From: Octopus sinensis
Lineage: Eukaryota
Reading direction: 5' to 3'
Assembly: GCF_006345805.1 (NCBI RefSeq)
Contig: NC_043001.1
Coordinates: 63,736,001-63,800,000 of the forward strand
Length of the DNA: 64,000 nt
Part shown: positions 25,451 through 38,089 of the stretch, in pieces
Layout of the letters: each line of letters begins with the position of its first letter
How positions within the stretch are numbered: the stretch's first letter is position 1
Position numbers and translations under genes: made by a program
Notes under the pieces: generated by a model
What the model saw: only the letters and a program-made list of their open reading frames with translations
Database searches by the model: none
What the model was told of the DNA's origin: nothing

Positions 25451-26293
25451 TGGTTTCTTTCAGTTTCTGTCTACAAAATCCACTGACAAGGCTTTGGTTG
25501 GTCTGAGGCTATAGCAGAAGACACATGCCAAGTTACCAGTAGGACTGAACTCAGGACCATGTGTTTTGGAACCAAGTTTGTTACCACACAGCCACACCTG
25601 CACCTATGTATGTGTGTGTGTGTTGGTGGGTGTGTGTGTATGTGTATGGGTGTATATATGTATGCATGTATATATGTGTATATATATGTGTACATATTAC
25701 ATCTATATATATAAATGTATATATATACATCCATATATATACATATGTGGTATATGTATATATATATATATGTAACATCCATATATATACATCTATATTA
25801 TACATCTATAGTATACTTATATATATCTATATATATATATATACTATATATATATAATATATATATATATATATACACATGTAAATTTATATTTGAAATA
25901 ATAAGGGTGAAAAATTGAATATTAATTTGATTAATATGAATTGAAATCCAGTGGTGTAGTATATAAGACCAAAGTGGATCTTCTTCTAGCAAAATGGATG
26001 TCCACTGTTTATGGTTCATCCCTGTTATATAATAGTTTCACTTTATTAGTTTCAGTATTAAAGTGGAAGCATCTGTCATTACAATAGAGAGATGTTTTTG
26101 TTTCACTTTTAACAGGTAATACTGAAATTGCTGTCGGCTCGCCCTAGGCAAAAAGTTGAAATTTTTTGCCCATGAACACTACATGGACCCTAAGTAAGGC
26201 ATGTGTTAAATTTGAATGAAATTGGTTGTGTAGTTCTCAAGTTTTAGGGATTCACACATACAGACAGATAGACAGACAGACACACATTTTCAG

Positions 26294-26300
<7 letters not shown>
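24889..26300 (-). mobile_element. Non-autonomous Helitron (family B, copy 2)
   Basis: CTAG at 24889-24892 with the same hairpin; 24889-25045 matches 8316-8470 and 25880-26295 matches 13290-13720. The 5' TC is lost in (TA)n. Confidence 0.7.
25221..25602 (-). mobile_element. SINE inside Helitron B2, orthologous to 9931-10232
   Basis: Same boundaries and same flanking sequence as the B1 copy. Confidence 0.8.
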
Positions 26301-26338
<38 letters not shown>

Positions 26339-26890
26339 ATATATATATTGGTAAAAACGGTAAGATAACAAAAGAAAGAAAGATACCTCAATATTATGTA
26401 AATAGAGGAAATTTATCTATAAAATAATATGTTACATTTACTCAATAGTCAAGATAAAACTCTGAGTTTCAGATGCCGAAGTGGAAATCCACAACACGTT
26501 CGGTTATCTGGCCATTTGAAAAGAGCTATGAAAAAATACCCTTATATAAAGGCAAATTACTGTATTATAATTCTGCTACTTATATTAAATAAGATTAAAA
26601 TTTCATAGTAAACACGTAAACATGGCTAGTCATACGCTCACATGTGCGCTCGCGGACCCACGTGCGTACTTATACGTCACTATGAAAATGTACACATTCT
26701 TCACTCGCATTTTTCGCCAAATATATACGCATATATATACAAACTCATGCACACACATGCGTACCGTAAAAGTTCATACATACGTCTATATACGCACAAG
26801 CACAAGAAAAACCATGGTTTAAGTTAAGAGAAAAAACATAAGGAAGTATACAAAGCATAAAAACCACGTATATATAGGCACAAATGTGAA

Positions 26891-27222
26891 TGTGTGGTAA
26901 GAAGTTTGTTTTTTAACCATATGGTTCCGGGTTCAGTCTTCTTCTATAGCTCCAAGCCGACCAAAGCCTTGTGAATAGATTTGGTAACTGAAAAAAGCCC
27001 GTCGTATGTGTGTTTGTGTGTGTATCTTTGTGTTTGTCCCCCTCCCACCACTTGACAGCCGGTATTGTTTTACTTACGATCCCGAAACTTAGCGGTTCCA
27101 CGAAAAGAGACCGATAGAATAAATATCAAGCTTAGAAAAAAATAAGTACCAGTTTATTCGACTAAACTCTTCAAGATGGTGCTACAGCATGGCCATAGTT
27201 TATTGAGTGAATAAGTTAAAGA
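26891..27222 (+). mobile_element. tRNA-derived SINE with a CR1-type 3' tail (internal deletion in the head)
   Basis: Head TGTGGTAAGAAG...GGTTCCGGGTTCAGTC; tail AAGATGGTGCTACAGCATGGCCATAG. Confidence 0.75.
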
Positions 27223-27398
27223 TAGCTAGTGGTAAAATAACTCTTTACCCTCACCCATTTAGTACGCTCGGTAATGTAATTGCAATGCAATAAAAAACAC
27301 TTGTGTATTAATAATTGGGTATTCTACCAGCAGTATATTGGATAGATATTATCCCTTAGTGGGTTGGATTCACAACCTCCAACTTAGAATTATATATC

Positions 27399-27440
<42 letters not shown>

Positions 27441-27451
27441 ATATATATATT

Positions 27452-27517
<66 letters not shown>

Positions 27518-27659
27518 TATATATATAATATATATATATATATACAATATATATATATATATATATCATATATATATATTTATACGTGTATATAATATAT
27601 ATATATAAACACATATATACACGTGTACATATAGTACAAAGTACAAAAATAATTTCAAT

Positions 27660-27754
27660 CATGATGATAATGACAGTAATTAAGATGGTAGAAGAGACTA
27701 TGTTGATAATGCCGGTGATGATGATGGTGATGATGGTGGTGATGATGGTGGTGG

Positions 27755-27797
<43 letters not shown>

Positions 27798-27802
27798 AAT
27801 GG

Positions 27803-27857
<55 letters not shown>
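27660..27857. repeat. (ATG)n microsatellite
   Basis: Direct reading. Confidence 0.95.
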
Positions 27858-28335
27858 AGCATAATATACAATAAAAGAGAATGGAAAATGTGTGTCTATA
27901 GCTGTGTGTGTGCTGATTTCTCTTTGTATATCCCCCGTCTGTCCGTCTCTCTTTACTTCCTCTCCCCCCCCTCTCTCTCTCTCTCTTTATCTCTCTCTCC
28001 CTTTTTCTAAGTGTAGGTGTGTGTGATCTAAGCTTGGTTGTGGCCTCGCATCCTATACCTAACAAGGTCAACCAGATATTACTGCAGAACAGCAAACTGA
28101 ACAGTGATATATTAGCAGAGATAGAGATAGAAAGGGAGAGAGAGGGGGGAAGAGACAAAGAGAGGGGGAGGAGACAAAGAGAGGGGGGAGGAGACAAAGA
28201 GAGGAGAGAGAGGAGAGAGGAGGAGGAAGAGGAGTAGAGAGTTGGGGAGATATAGGGAAAGAAGCTAGTGGTGAAAGATAAAATAAACACTTGTACAAGT
28301 TTTTTATATGAAAACACTCAGATGTATACATATAA

Positions 28336-28371
<36 letters not shown>

Positions 28372-28453
28372 ATATATATATACATAATACATACGTATAT
28401 ATATATGTATGTATATATAATATACTCACATGTATGTATATATATATACTCAC

Positions 28454-28488
<35 letters not shown>

Positions 28489-28567
28489 CAGATATACACA
28501 TATATAAAGATGTGTATGAGTGCATGTACGTATGTGTGTGTACACACACACACACACACACACGCGC

Positions 28568-28598
<31 letters not shown>

Positions 28599-29349
28599 CT
28601 GCTTGCTTCGTCTAATGTCCGGATAGTGAAGAAAAGAATCAGAGTTTACAAAAATAGTCCTATTACATACATTAGTCGGTTAAAGAAGTTATTAACTGAA
28701 CAGATAGATGCTACACATACACAGAACTGGTGTCAGGACAAAATTCAGGTGTGTGTGTATAACTATGTTGGTATGTGTGCGTGTGTGGGAGTGCATGTTA
28801 CTAAAATTTGAAATGCACGTTACACTTTCCAGTAAGCACGTAACTTAGCAATTTACTCTCCCTGTACGCAGAAAAAGAGAGAGAGGTCTGACTGGTTTGT
28901 TGTCTTGTGAAAGATACATCAGAGGTACATTTGAGGTACATCAGAGAAAGCGAGAGAGACTACCAAATGATATATATATATATACATTAGATGAAACCAT
29001 GGCGACTGAAGAAGGGGAATTTTCCTTGCGTTATTTGTCCTGTAGTCTATTTTATCGTTGTTTAAGAAAAATGTCCAGTTCCTTGGTTTTGTGTTTATGT
29101 TTTCGTTTCTCATTGTGTTCGACGTGTTTTTTTTTTTGGTGTCCTGTACCCATATATGCATGTATATATACATGTAGAGGTAGGTACGTACATATATGTA
29201 TATATGCATATATGTTATTTATTAATTTATTATATATATATATATATACATATATATAATTTGAAATTTGTATAAAAACAAAAGGCGAAGACAAGTGTAT
29301 AAACAATAAGCAGGTGTTTTAGTTTGACGCTCGGGAAGGTGAGAAAGTA

Positions 29350-29383
29350 TTTTACGTTTCGAGCCTACGCTCTTCAACAGAAA
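29350..29383 (-). ncRNA. Minimal type I HHR with an A6-to-U change
   Basis: TTT-CTGTTGA-A-GAGC-GTAG-GCTC-GAAA-CG-TA-AAA; lies about 600 nt downstream of the GIY-YIG remnant on the same strand. Confidence 0.6.
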
Positions 29384-29988
29384 GGAACACGATGAAATAA
29401 AAACAGAGAGAATAAAAACTTTTGGAGTTAGCTGTCAATCATGGCGACTGGCTGGACAAAGGTAGTTAGACAGGAGAGCTAGGAAGAAGGGGAGACAATA
29501 AAGTGTTGGTGATTCAAAAACGAAGGTGGTGTATATGTGTGAGTGTGTGTGTGCGTGTGGATAGGGGCTGGTGACTTTGATGTGTGGATGTGTGCGTGTG
29601 TGTGTGTGTGTGCGTCTGTAATGTGTGGGTGTGTAGATGATGGTGTTGGTGTTGGGAAGTGGTCAGTGCTAGTGTTTGCGGGGTGGTCTGATGTGGTGTG
29701 GCGGTGTTGAGGTATGGGAAGTGACGGCGGGGTGCGGATTTGAGGTGAGGAAGTGGGGGTAGGGTGTGGCATGTGGGGGTAGGGGTGGGGTATATGGGAG
29801 TGAGATGTGTGGGTGTGAGGTGTGGATGTAGGGGATCGATGAAGGGAGAAGGTGGGTAGGATTGAAGAGAGGAAGTAGGTGTCAGGGCAAGAGAGGAGAG
29901 GAGAGGTGGGTCGGAGTGAAGAGAGGAAGTATGTGTCAGATGAAGAGGGGCGAGCAGGGGAGTCAGATGAAGAGGGGAGGGGAGGGGA

Positions 29989-30240
29989 GTTGAGCCCATG
30001 TGGCGCAAAGGAGCGAAGAGAGATTAATTCCTGTTCATCGCGAAGGTGGGAGTCCGGATGGCCCCTGTACAAAAACAATCCGAACACAGACAGGTGTTGT
30101 AATGAATGACCGGTAGAGCAGAAATGGCGCGAGACCGGGGTATCATTGCCGAGTCTAATATCTCGGATGTTCAGAGAAGGACAGAAAGAGCAGGAGATGC
30201 AGTAAATGACGTTACTAGAAGTGCTGGTAAAGGAGTCAGT
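29989..30240 (-). pseudogene. PLE GIY-YIG remnant with an internal deletion
   Basis: SFTSTSSNVIYCISCSFCPSL...PVSRHFCSTGHSLQHLSVFGL...EQELISLRSFAPHGLN; the YIGET segment is missing. Confidence 0.85.
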
Positions 30241-30367
30241 GATAGATAGAGAGATAGAGAGATAGATATAAATATATATACGTACATATATATATATACA
30301 TATACATAATGCATACATACATACATATTTATATAATGTATGTACGTATATAAAGATAAGCAGTGTC

Positions 30368-30846
30368 TCATGCTTATTAGCACTTACAAATAATCGAGAT
30401 CTGGCTAACCACATCGAATAATAGGGAACATACAGAATAATAGGGAACATCCATTCTTCAATATCATGTGGTGTACGTTCCAACGGTTTCAGTTCTATTT
30501 TTACCGAGGTTCACCCTTTTAAGATTGAAAATATATAAGTAACAGTCAAAGATAGTGCATTAGCAGAACCGTTAGAGCATAGGACGGGATATCTTGTCGT
30601 ATCTGTTCTGGTTATTTGTGTTTTGATCTCCATATCTGTAACATTATTGGTGCCAGACTATCAACTTTGTTTTCCATTACACAACATTGATGACGTGGAG
30701 AAAGGAAACTGTCGAAACATACACCACATGGTATCCAAGAATAGAGGTGATGGCATTACACTTATGCCTTCAAACAATTCTGTATGTTCCTATCGTTCGA
30801 TGTGGTTAACCAGATCTCGATTATATACGAGTGTTAATAAAGTACA
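30368..30846. mobile_element. MITE-like element with long imperfect inverted ends
   Basis: ATAATCGAGATCTGGCTAACCACATCGAA...GGAACATAC versus GTATGTTCC...TTCGATGTGGTTAACCAGATCTCGATTAT. Confidence 0.7.
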
Positions 30847-31019
30847 TGCACGGATTCGAAATCCCTATACCTTTCAGGATGAAAGAGATGGGCTCCCAAT
30901 CGTGCCCTGCGAACCTTGAAGTCGCACGGAACCGAATAAAACTGTTTTAAATAATACATGTAACTCCTACTAAATGCGTTGAGTGCCCTTATCTTTCGCT
31001 TGTTCCCTCACTCGTATAC

Positions 31020-31114
<95 letters not shown>

Positions 31115-31655
31115 TGACTGTGGTTATTATATTGTGAATTAGTAGGGATAAGACAACCCAGATGTTTATCATCTTGGGAGACATTCATATGGAACGCAGC
31201 TATCTGAAAATTGCGAGAGTAGAATATACACCGTGAAAAAATAATGCTTCAAATAAACAGTAAAGCAAGTTCCGTTTTCATTGTTAAGCATGAATAATAA
31301 AAAGTGAAGAATTGAATTTATGATATTACTTTTATTTTATTGTTGACAATGGTGCATGTTTATAATGAGTCAGCTGTGTATGCTACATATTTACATTACA
31401 TCTCAGACCATGGAATTATTTATCGGAACCGTTTATAAAACCAGTACAGTTTATTATAATACAGTTCTATAAACGGTTCAGCTGACACCAATTTCATGGT
31501 GAGCTGACAAGTTCATTATAAACATACATGTCTATAAACATAATGCGGAAAGTCACCAGGAATTGTTGAAACCATTGTCAACAATGACAATGAAATAACA
31601 GTATAATAATATAAACCCCTTTTTCAGTTTTTATTACACACACAAACACACACAA

Positions 31656-31686
<31 letters not shown>

Positions 31687-31771
31687 CTCACACACACGCG
31701 CCCGCACACACACCACACACACATCACACACACACTCACACACAGCACGCACGCACGCACACACGCACACC

Positions 31772-31812
<41 letters not shown>

Positions 31813-31874
31813 ATAGTGACACAAAATGGCAGACCGTTAATAAAGTAGACACAAAAAAGAAAGAAGAACGCAAA

Positions 31875-31919
31875 GGACCACTGATGAGATCACTGAAGTG
31901 TGACGAAATAACTCTGGCC
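31875..31919 (+). ncRNA. Minimal type I HHR motif (copy 1)
   Basis: GG(A)CCA/TGGCC stem I; CTGATGA 31881-31887; G(A)TCAC/GTGAC stem II; GAAA 31905-31908; stem III only 1 bp; CUC triplet. Confidence 0.65.
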
Positions 31920-32206
31920 AAAATAAAATTAATATATAATAGAGCTGAAAAAAAGCAAACACCAAATATATAGTGCGTGTGTTTTCATTGGCTAAACTGG
32001 TAACATGACCATCCCCAAGTACAACAATATATATATATATATAACATACATACATACATACATACATACATACATACATACATAACTCATACACATACCA
32101 TACACTACATACATACATACATACATACATACATACATACATACATACATACATACACATACATACATATAAATGTTTATATGCATGAATATATATATAT
32201 AATATA

Positions 32207-32259
<53 letters not shown>

Positions 32260-32794
32260 TGACTGTGGTTATATATATTGTGAATTAGTAGGGATAAGAC
32301 AACCCCGATGTTTATCATCTTGGGAGACATTCATATGGAACGCAGCTATCTGAAAATTGCGAGAGTAGAATATACACCGTGAAAACTAATGCTTCAAATA
32401 AACAGTAAAGCAAGTTCCGTTTTCATTGTTAAGCATGAATAATAAAAAGTGAAGAATTGAATTTATGATATTACTTTTATTTTATTGTTGACAATGGTGC
32501 ATGTTTATAATGAGTCAGCTGTGTATGCTACATATTGTACATTACATCTCAGACCATGGAATTATTTCATCGGAACCGTTTATAAAACCAGTACAGTTTA
32601 TAATACAGTTCTATAAACGGTTCAGCTGACACAATTTCATGGTGAGCTGACAAGTTCATTATAAACATACATGTCTATAAACATAATGCGGAAAGTGTCA
32701 CCAGGAATTGTTGAAACCATTGTCAACAATGAAATAACAGTATAATAATATAAACCCCTTTTTCAGTTTTTATTACACACACAAACACACACAA

Positions 32795-32827
<33 letters not shown>

Positions 32828-32909
32828 CTCACACACACGCGCCCGCACACACACACACACACATACACACACACTCACACACGCACGCACGCACGCACAC
32901 ACGCACACC

Positions 32910-32950
<41 letters not shown>

Positions 32951-33012
32951 ATAGTGACACAAAATGGCAGACCGTTAATAAAGTAGACACAAAAAAGAAA
33001 GAAGAACGCAAA

Positions 33013-33057
33013 GGACCACTGATGAGATCACTGAAGTGTGACGAAATAACTCTGGCC
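33013..33057 (+). ncRNA. Minimal type I HHR motif (copy 2, identical)
   Basis: Same sequence 1138 nt downstream. Confidence 0.65.
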
Positions 33058-33268
33058 AAAATAAAATTAATATATAATAGAGCTGAAAAAAGCAAACACC
33101 AAATATATAGTGCGTGTGTTTTCATTGGCTAAACTGGTAACATGACCATCCCCAAGTACAACAATATATATATATATATATACATACATACATACATACA
33201 TACATACATACATACATACATACATACATACATACATACATACATACATACATACATACATACATACA

Positions 33269-33300
<32 letters not shown>

Positions 33301-33357
33301 AATGTTTATATGCATGAATATATATATATATATATAAGTATATATAATGTAGAAATT

Positions 33358-34607
33358 CAGGGGTTTGACAAAATAATGGAAACACCTTAAAATTTCAAAC
33401 AAATTTATTTTAATACAGTGCAGGACCACCTTTGGCAGTAATTACAGCTTGAATTCTACGAAGTATCGACTCGTACAAAGTTTGAATTTTTTCGAAAGGA
33501 ATTTTTGTCCATTCTTCAGCTAAAACAGTCTCCAGTTCTTGAAGTGATGATAGAGGAGGATATCAACTCCTTACTCGTTTTTCTAAAATTTACCATCAAT
33601 GTTGAATAATATTGAGATCTGGGGACTGCGGTGGCCAGATAAGATGCTCAACTTCACTAGAATGTTCCTCGTGCCATTCAGTAACAACTTTAGCTGAATT
33701 GTTGCATTATCATCCTGAAAGATTACGTTTCCCTTCGGAAACAGTTCCGCAACCATAGGATTAATTTGATTAGATAAAATGCTTAAATAGTCTTCACTAT
33801 TAATTCTGCCAAGAAGGGAAACCATTGGGCCAGCGGATTTCCAAGATGTAGCCCCCCCCCCCACCCCCCAGCATCATAGATCTTCTTCCATGTTTAACAG
33901 TTGGAAGAAGGAAGTCTGGGTCAAATGCTTTCTTTGGGCTGTCTCCACACGTATACTCAGCCGGTAGTCGGAAATAGGGTAAAGGATGACTCGTCCGAGA
34001 AAATAACTTTCTTCCATTGCTCTAGGGACCAATTCTGTAGGTTTTTACTCCACTCTAAACGCTTTGGAACGTTTGTTTTTGAAAGCAGTGGTTTTCTGAT
34101 TGCAGCCCTCCCATAAAATCCGGCTTTGTGCAGCTCTCGGCGAACAGTTTTTGTGGAAACTGGGTTCTCAAGGTGATCATTAAGCTCTGCAGTAATTTTG
34201 GGAGCTGTACTTTTGTGATGCTTTCTAACAATTCGCGTAAGTGTCAGATAGTCCCTATCTGAAAATTTTGGTTTTCTTCCGGAGTTTTGTTTCGACGAGG
34301 AGGTTTTTCCCTCTTTCTCAAAGGCTGTCATTACTTTCGAGACAGAACTTCTTGATACATCAAATATTTCGGCTGTTTTCGTTACGCTAGCGGCTGCCAT
34401 ACGAGCACCAACAATTCGACCTCTTTGAAAGACCGGTAATGAATTTTAATTACTTTTTTCTGATGATATCTGAAAAGAAACAACAGTTCTAGCAAAAGAT
34501 ATAAAGCAACACTAATAATAAATAAATAAAAACATAAAAATAAACAAGATATTTCAAAATTATGATACTATGATGTTAGGTGTTTCCATTATTTTGTCCA
34601 ACCCCTG
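33358..34607 (-). mobile_element. Full-length but frameshifted Tc1 transposon
   Basis: 29-bp TIRs CAGGGGTT(T/G)GACAAAATAATGGAAACACC; HTH region and KKVIFSDESSF (33957-34400), IFQDDNA (33583-33864), PQSPDLNII in another frame. Confidence 0.95.
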
Positions 34608-34674
34608 TATACATGTATGTGCGTGTACATATGTATGTGTGAGTACATATAAATATATTCTTTTATTGTTTTAA

Positions 34675-34830
34675 TTGTTTCAGTCATTTAACTGCGGCCA
34701 TGCTGGAGCACCACCTTAACTGGTCGTTAGTCGAACAAATGGGTTCAGAATTTATAATTCGTAAATTTAGTACTTATTCTATCGGTCTCTTTTGCGTTGT
34801 CAAGCGATGGGCGGGGGACAAACACAGACA

Positions 34831-34900
<70 letters not shown>

Positions 34901-35097
34901 CATATAGTTAATCCAAACATGAAAACACAAAGAGAAAAACACAACAATGCGAGGACGTGGAACAAGTATAGTATTATTGGACGCTCAGGAAAGAAGGAAA
35001 GAAGGAGGGTTTAACGTTTCGAGCGGAGCTCTTCGTCAGAAACATAGGAAAAGGAAAGATCCAAGGAAGGGAAAACGGAGGGAAAAAATCGCCAACG

Positions 35098-35172
<75 letters not shown>

Positions 35173-35300
35173 ACGGGCGTCTTTCGGTTTCTGTCTACCA
35201 AATCCACTCACAAGGCTTTGGTTGGTCCGAGGATATAGAAGACACTTGCCCAATGTGCCATGCAGTGGGACTGAACCTGGAATCATGTGTTTGGGAAGCA
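34675..35300 (-). mobile_element. tRNA-derived SINE split at its internal microsatellite
   Basis: Head at 35170-35300; 3' half at 34675-34850 ending AAGGTGGTGCTCCAGCATGGCCGCAGTTAAATGACTGAAACAA. Confidence 0.8.
35009..35043 (-). ncRNA. Minimal type I HHR with an intact core
   Basis: GTTT-CTGACGA-A-GAGC-TCC-GCTC-GAAA-CG-TT-AAAC; palindromic ACGT stem III; part of a ~195-bp insert (34906-35100). Confidence 0.8.
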
Positions 35301-35324
35301 AAGATGATCTCAACATTGAATTTA

Positions 35325-35452
35325 TTTTTAATGACCATTCTATCTCATTTGGTGTTTCTCAAAGTTCTAGTCTTGGTTCTGTCTTATTCTTCGTTTATAT
35401 TGATGATCTCCCGGATGACATAATATCTAGACTTCGTACAGCGATTGATTAG
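35325..35452 (+). pseudogene. Small decayed CR1/L2-type RT fragment
   Basis: GVSQSSSLGSVLFFVYIDDLP resembles the GVPQGSVLGPLLF..Y.NDLP motif. Confidence 0.55.
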
Positions 35453-37885
35453 TCACTTTCAACCCAGCGAAAAGCTAAATTTCTTTCAATTAATCGTTAC
35501 AGGAGTAATGTTCTTCCTGAGTCTTTTAATCTTGTATTTAAGTTTAAAATTTGGTTTAAAGATCTTACTTGGAATTATTAGATTAGATCTGTTACTTAAT
35601 AACTCACTACGAATCTTGGTTCTCTATTTCGAGCTCGTAGTTACCATTCTTCTTAATCTATTCTTCATCTTTATAAGTCTGTTATTCGCACTTATATGTA
35701 ATGCTGTCATCATATCTGAGTTGGTTCCTTTGCTGGTGTTCTGTATCTCCTTTATCGACTTCAGTAATGAGCTTCTTGTATTTTTGCTGTCTTTTTGATA
35801 GCTAAACTTAATCCTCCTTTCTCATAGCTAAAACACTGCTCTTTTATCCCTATTTTAGACATTCTTTGATGTTCGTCGTTCTGCCAAACTTTCCTCTCTT
35901 GCATTTCCTTGTAACTCTAGTGTTTGCCGTGGTACGATTTAGACATTGACTCCTGTTTTTTCTTAAAAAAAAAAAAAATGCTGATCTAAACGAAATTAAT
36001 GATTCTTTTCAAAATATATAATTTCTGAGTCTGATTCTTCTTTTTCTGTTTTTTAGCTATCTTAGTTAATCGTCTGGAAACTTTAATATGATTATATAAT
36101 TTTCCCGTAATAAAATAAATAATATAGAATAAAAATACGAATTCATTAAGTAGCAGATGTCATTGGTCTATTAGCTACATACAGACTATAATATCTGTAG
36201 AATAGCTGGAAATATTTGACAGACGATAGCAGAAAGAGCTACTGAAAATCTCGTGTGACGAGAATTGCCGTATATGTCGACTAGTTGAGTTGAAAGGAAT
36301 GCAACTGTAAGCATCTTTACTGCTGGCAAAGAAAAATACAAACATGATAACAGACGGCTAGCTATATTGGTATAACAGTATGTCAGGTAAATAGCTTTCA
36401 GTCGTGAAAAAAAAAAGAAAAGAAAAAATTAAGTTTAGTTCCAATTTGCTGCTGTGTGAGGTTCATGGGTCCAAAAAACAGTTCATGGTTGGTGTTGCCG
36501 GTCTAATCAACATTTGGTACACCTCGTTGCTTTTACAGTTGCTAGGAAATTTAAGAAAAACATTATTATCCAAATAAATAGATAGGTAGACAGATATTTG
36601 GCACAACAACAAAATGTAGCGAATTACTGAGTGAGAAAATTGTAAAGATTTAATCAGCAAGCCAAGGTTTGTGGAAGGTAAACAGTAAGAATGTAAAGTG
36701 TGCTGCATTGGTAAGTTCTAATTTTGGCCTACCTTACTGCTGTAAAGTCAGCCAGAAACTCGATAGCTTCCGAGCAGATTCGCAATCTGTTAGCAATGTG
36801 ACATATCTAGCGGAATTCAATGTATTCCTTCCTCGTTCTTACAACAAACGGGACATTTTAGTAGTGCCTCATTATTATTATTATTAATAGTAATAGTAAT
36901 AGTAATATCGTTTTCGTTATCATCATCTTCACGCCGCCGCCTTCACAATTGATCATTTAGCAACATAAGAATTTCCTCCTCGCCCTCCTCTTTGTCGTTG
37001 TCTTCCTCATTATTAAAAAAAAATTTTTAATACCTTAACTTTTTAGATATTGTTACCACAAAATGTCTTTAACAAATGACATTCTGTTACTACACTACAT
37101 GCAGTCACTTCTAGAAAACACGATCATTTTATCAAGTCTGTTCCTCTGGTTTTCTCGACATGCTTTAGTAGAGATAAAACTATTTCAAAGATAGCATTTT
37201 TTTGTTAAAATCAGTTCTATCCATCACTGTTTGTAATCTCTGCCACACTAGTGAAACATCAGCTGTTTACTTTGGACCTCTGTACATTAACAGAGAAAGG
37301 ATTCTCGAAGACTGAAGTTGGGTGGTGGTAGTGGTGGGGTTATGGATTACATGGAGTTTTGAGTGCCAGTTCTAACAGTAACTCACAAAGGTGGATGAGA
37401 TGTGAGGGTTAGAATGCAAGTGATATACAGCTTTTTAGTTCAGATAAGCAGAAACTGTTATAGTAGTGGTAGAAGAGTGTTCAGTTGGAGTAATTTGGTG
37501 GTTGGGTGGTGCTAGGATTTGTGTACTGTGAACGATATGGAGAGATGTCTGTTATGGGTCATAATTGAAATACATTTGCAAGTGAGACACAGAGAGAGGG
37601 GGAGAGAGAGAGGGAAAGGGGAAGAGAGAAGAGATGGGCAAAGTGGATTATATGGGATACAGAGACCATTTTTTTTTTCAGAAAGAAGCTGAGATAACAA
37701 CAGAGAGGGCTTATTGTCGGCGGAGGAGAGAAGTAGTTTACATGCAAACAGAAGGTAATGGGTAAAATCAAGGTTGGACTAATATTGAGCGCTGTTGATA
37801 TAGAGCAAATAAAGTTGTTCGGTCCCTTCAAATCAATGAAATTTTAACGATACAAATTTCATTGTCCTTTGCTTTTATTAGTCTT

Positions 37886-38089
37886 GCGAGCTAGCAGAAT
37901 CATTAGCATGCTGGGCAAAAATGCTTGGCATTTCGTCCGTTTTTATGTTTTGAGTTCAAATGCCGCCGAGGTTGACTTTGTCTTTCATCTTTTCAGGGTC
38001 GATAAAATAAGTACCAGTTGAGCACTGGGGTTGATGTAATCGATTTACACCCAGCCTGATATTAGTGGCCTTGTACCAAAATTTGAAGC
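37886..38089 (+). mobile_element. Second SINE family, single diverged copy
   Basis: GCGAGCTAGCAGAA...GAGTTCAAATGCCGCCGAGGTTGACTTTG...AAATAAGTACCAG; homologous to 49284-49941. Confidence 0.75.

Larger units (their letters stand above)
31111..33345 (+). repeat. Tandem duplication of a ~1.14-kb non-coding unit
   Basis: ATTATGACTGTGG at 31111 and 32256. Each unit has a 170-bp hairpin (31356-31525; 32501-32668), a (CA)n tract, an HHR and a (CATA)n tract. Confidence 0.95.

Noticed and set aside
26455-26530. Minus-strand long hairpin followed by GAAACTC-AGAG
   Set aside because: No CUGANGA-like strand at the required position.
29006-29040. CTGAAGA followed by a hairpin
   Set aside because: The second half of the core (GAAA) and stems I and III are absent.
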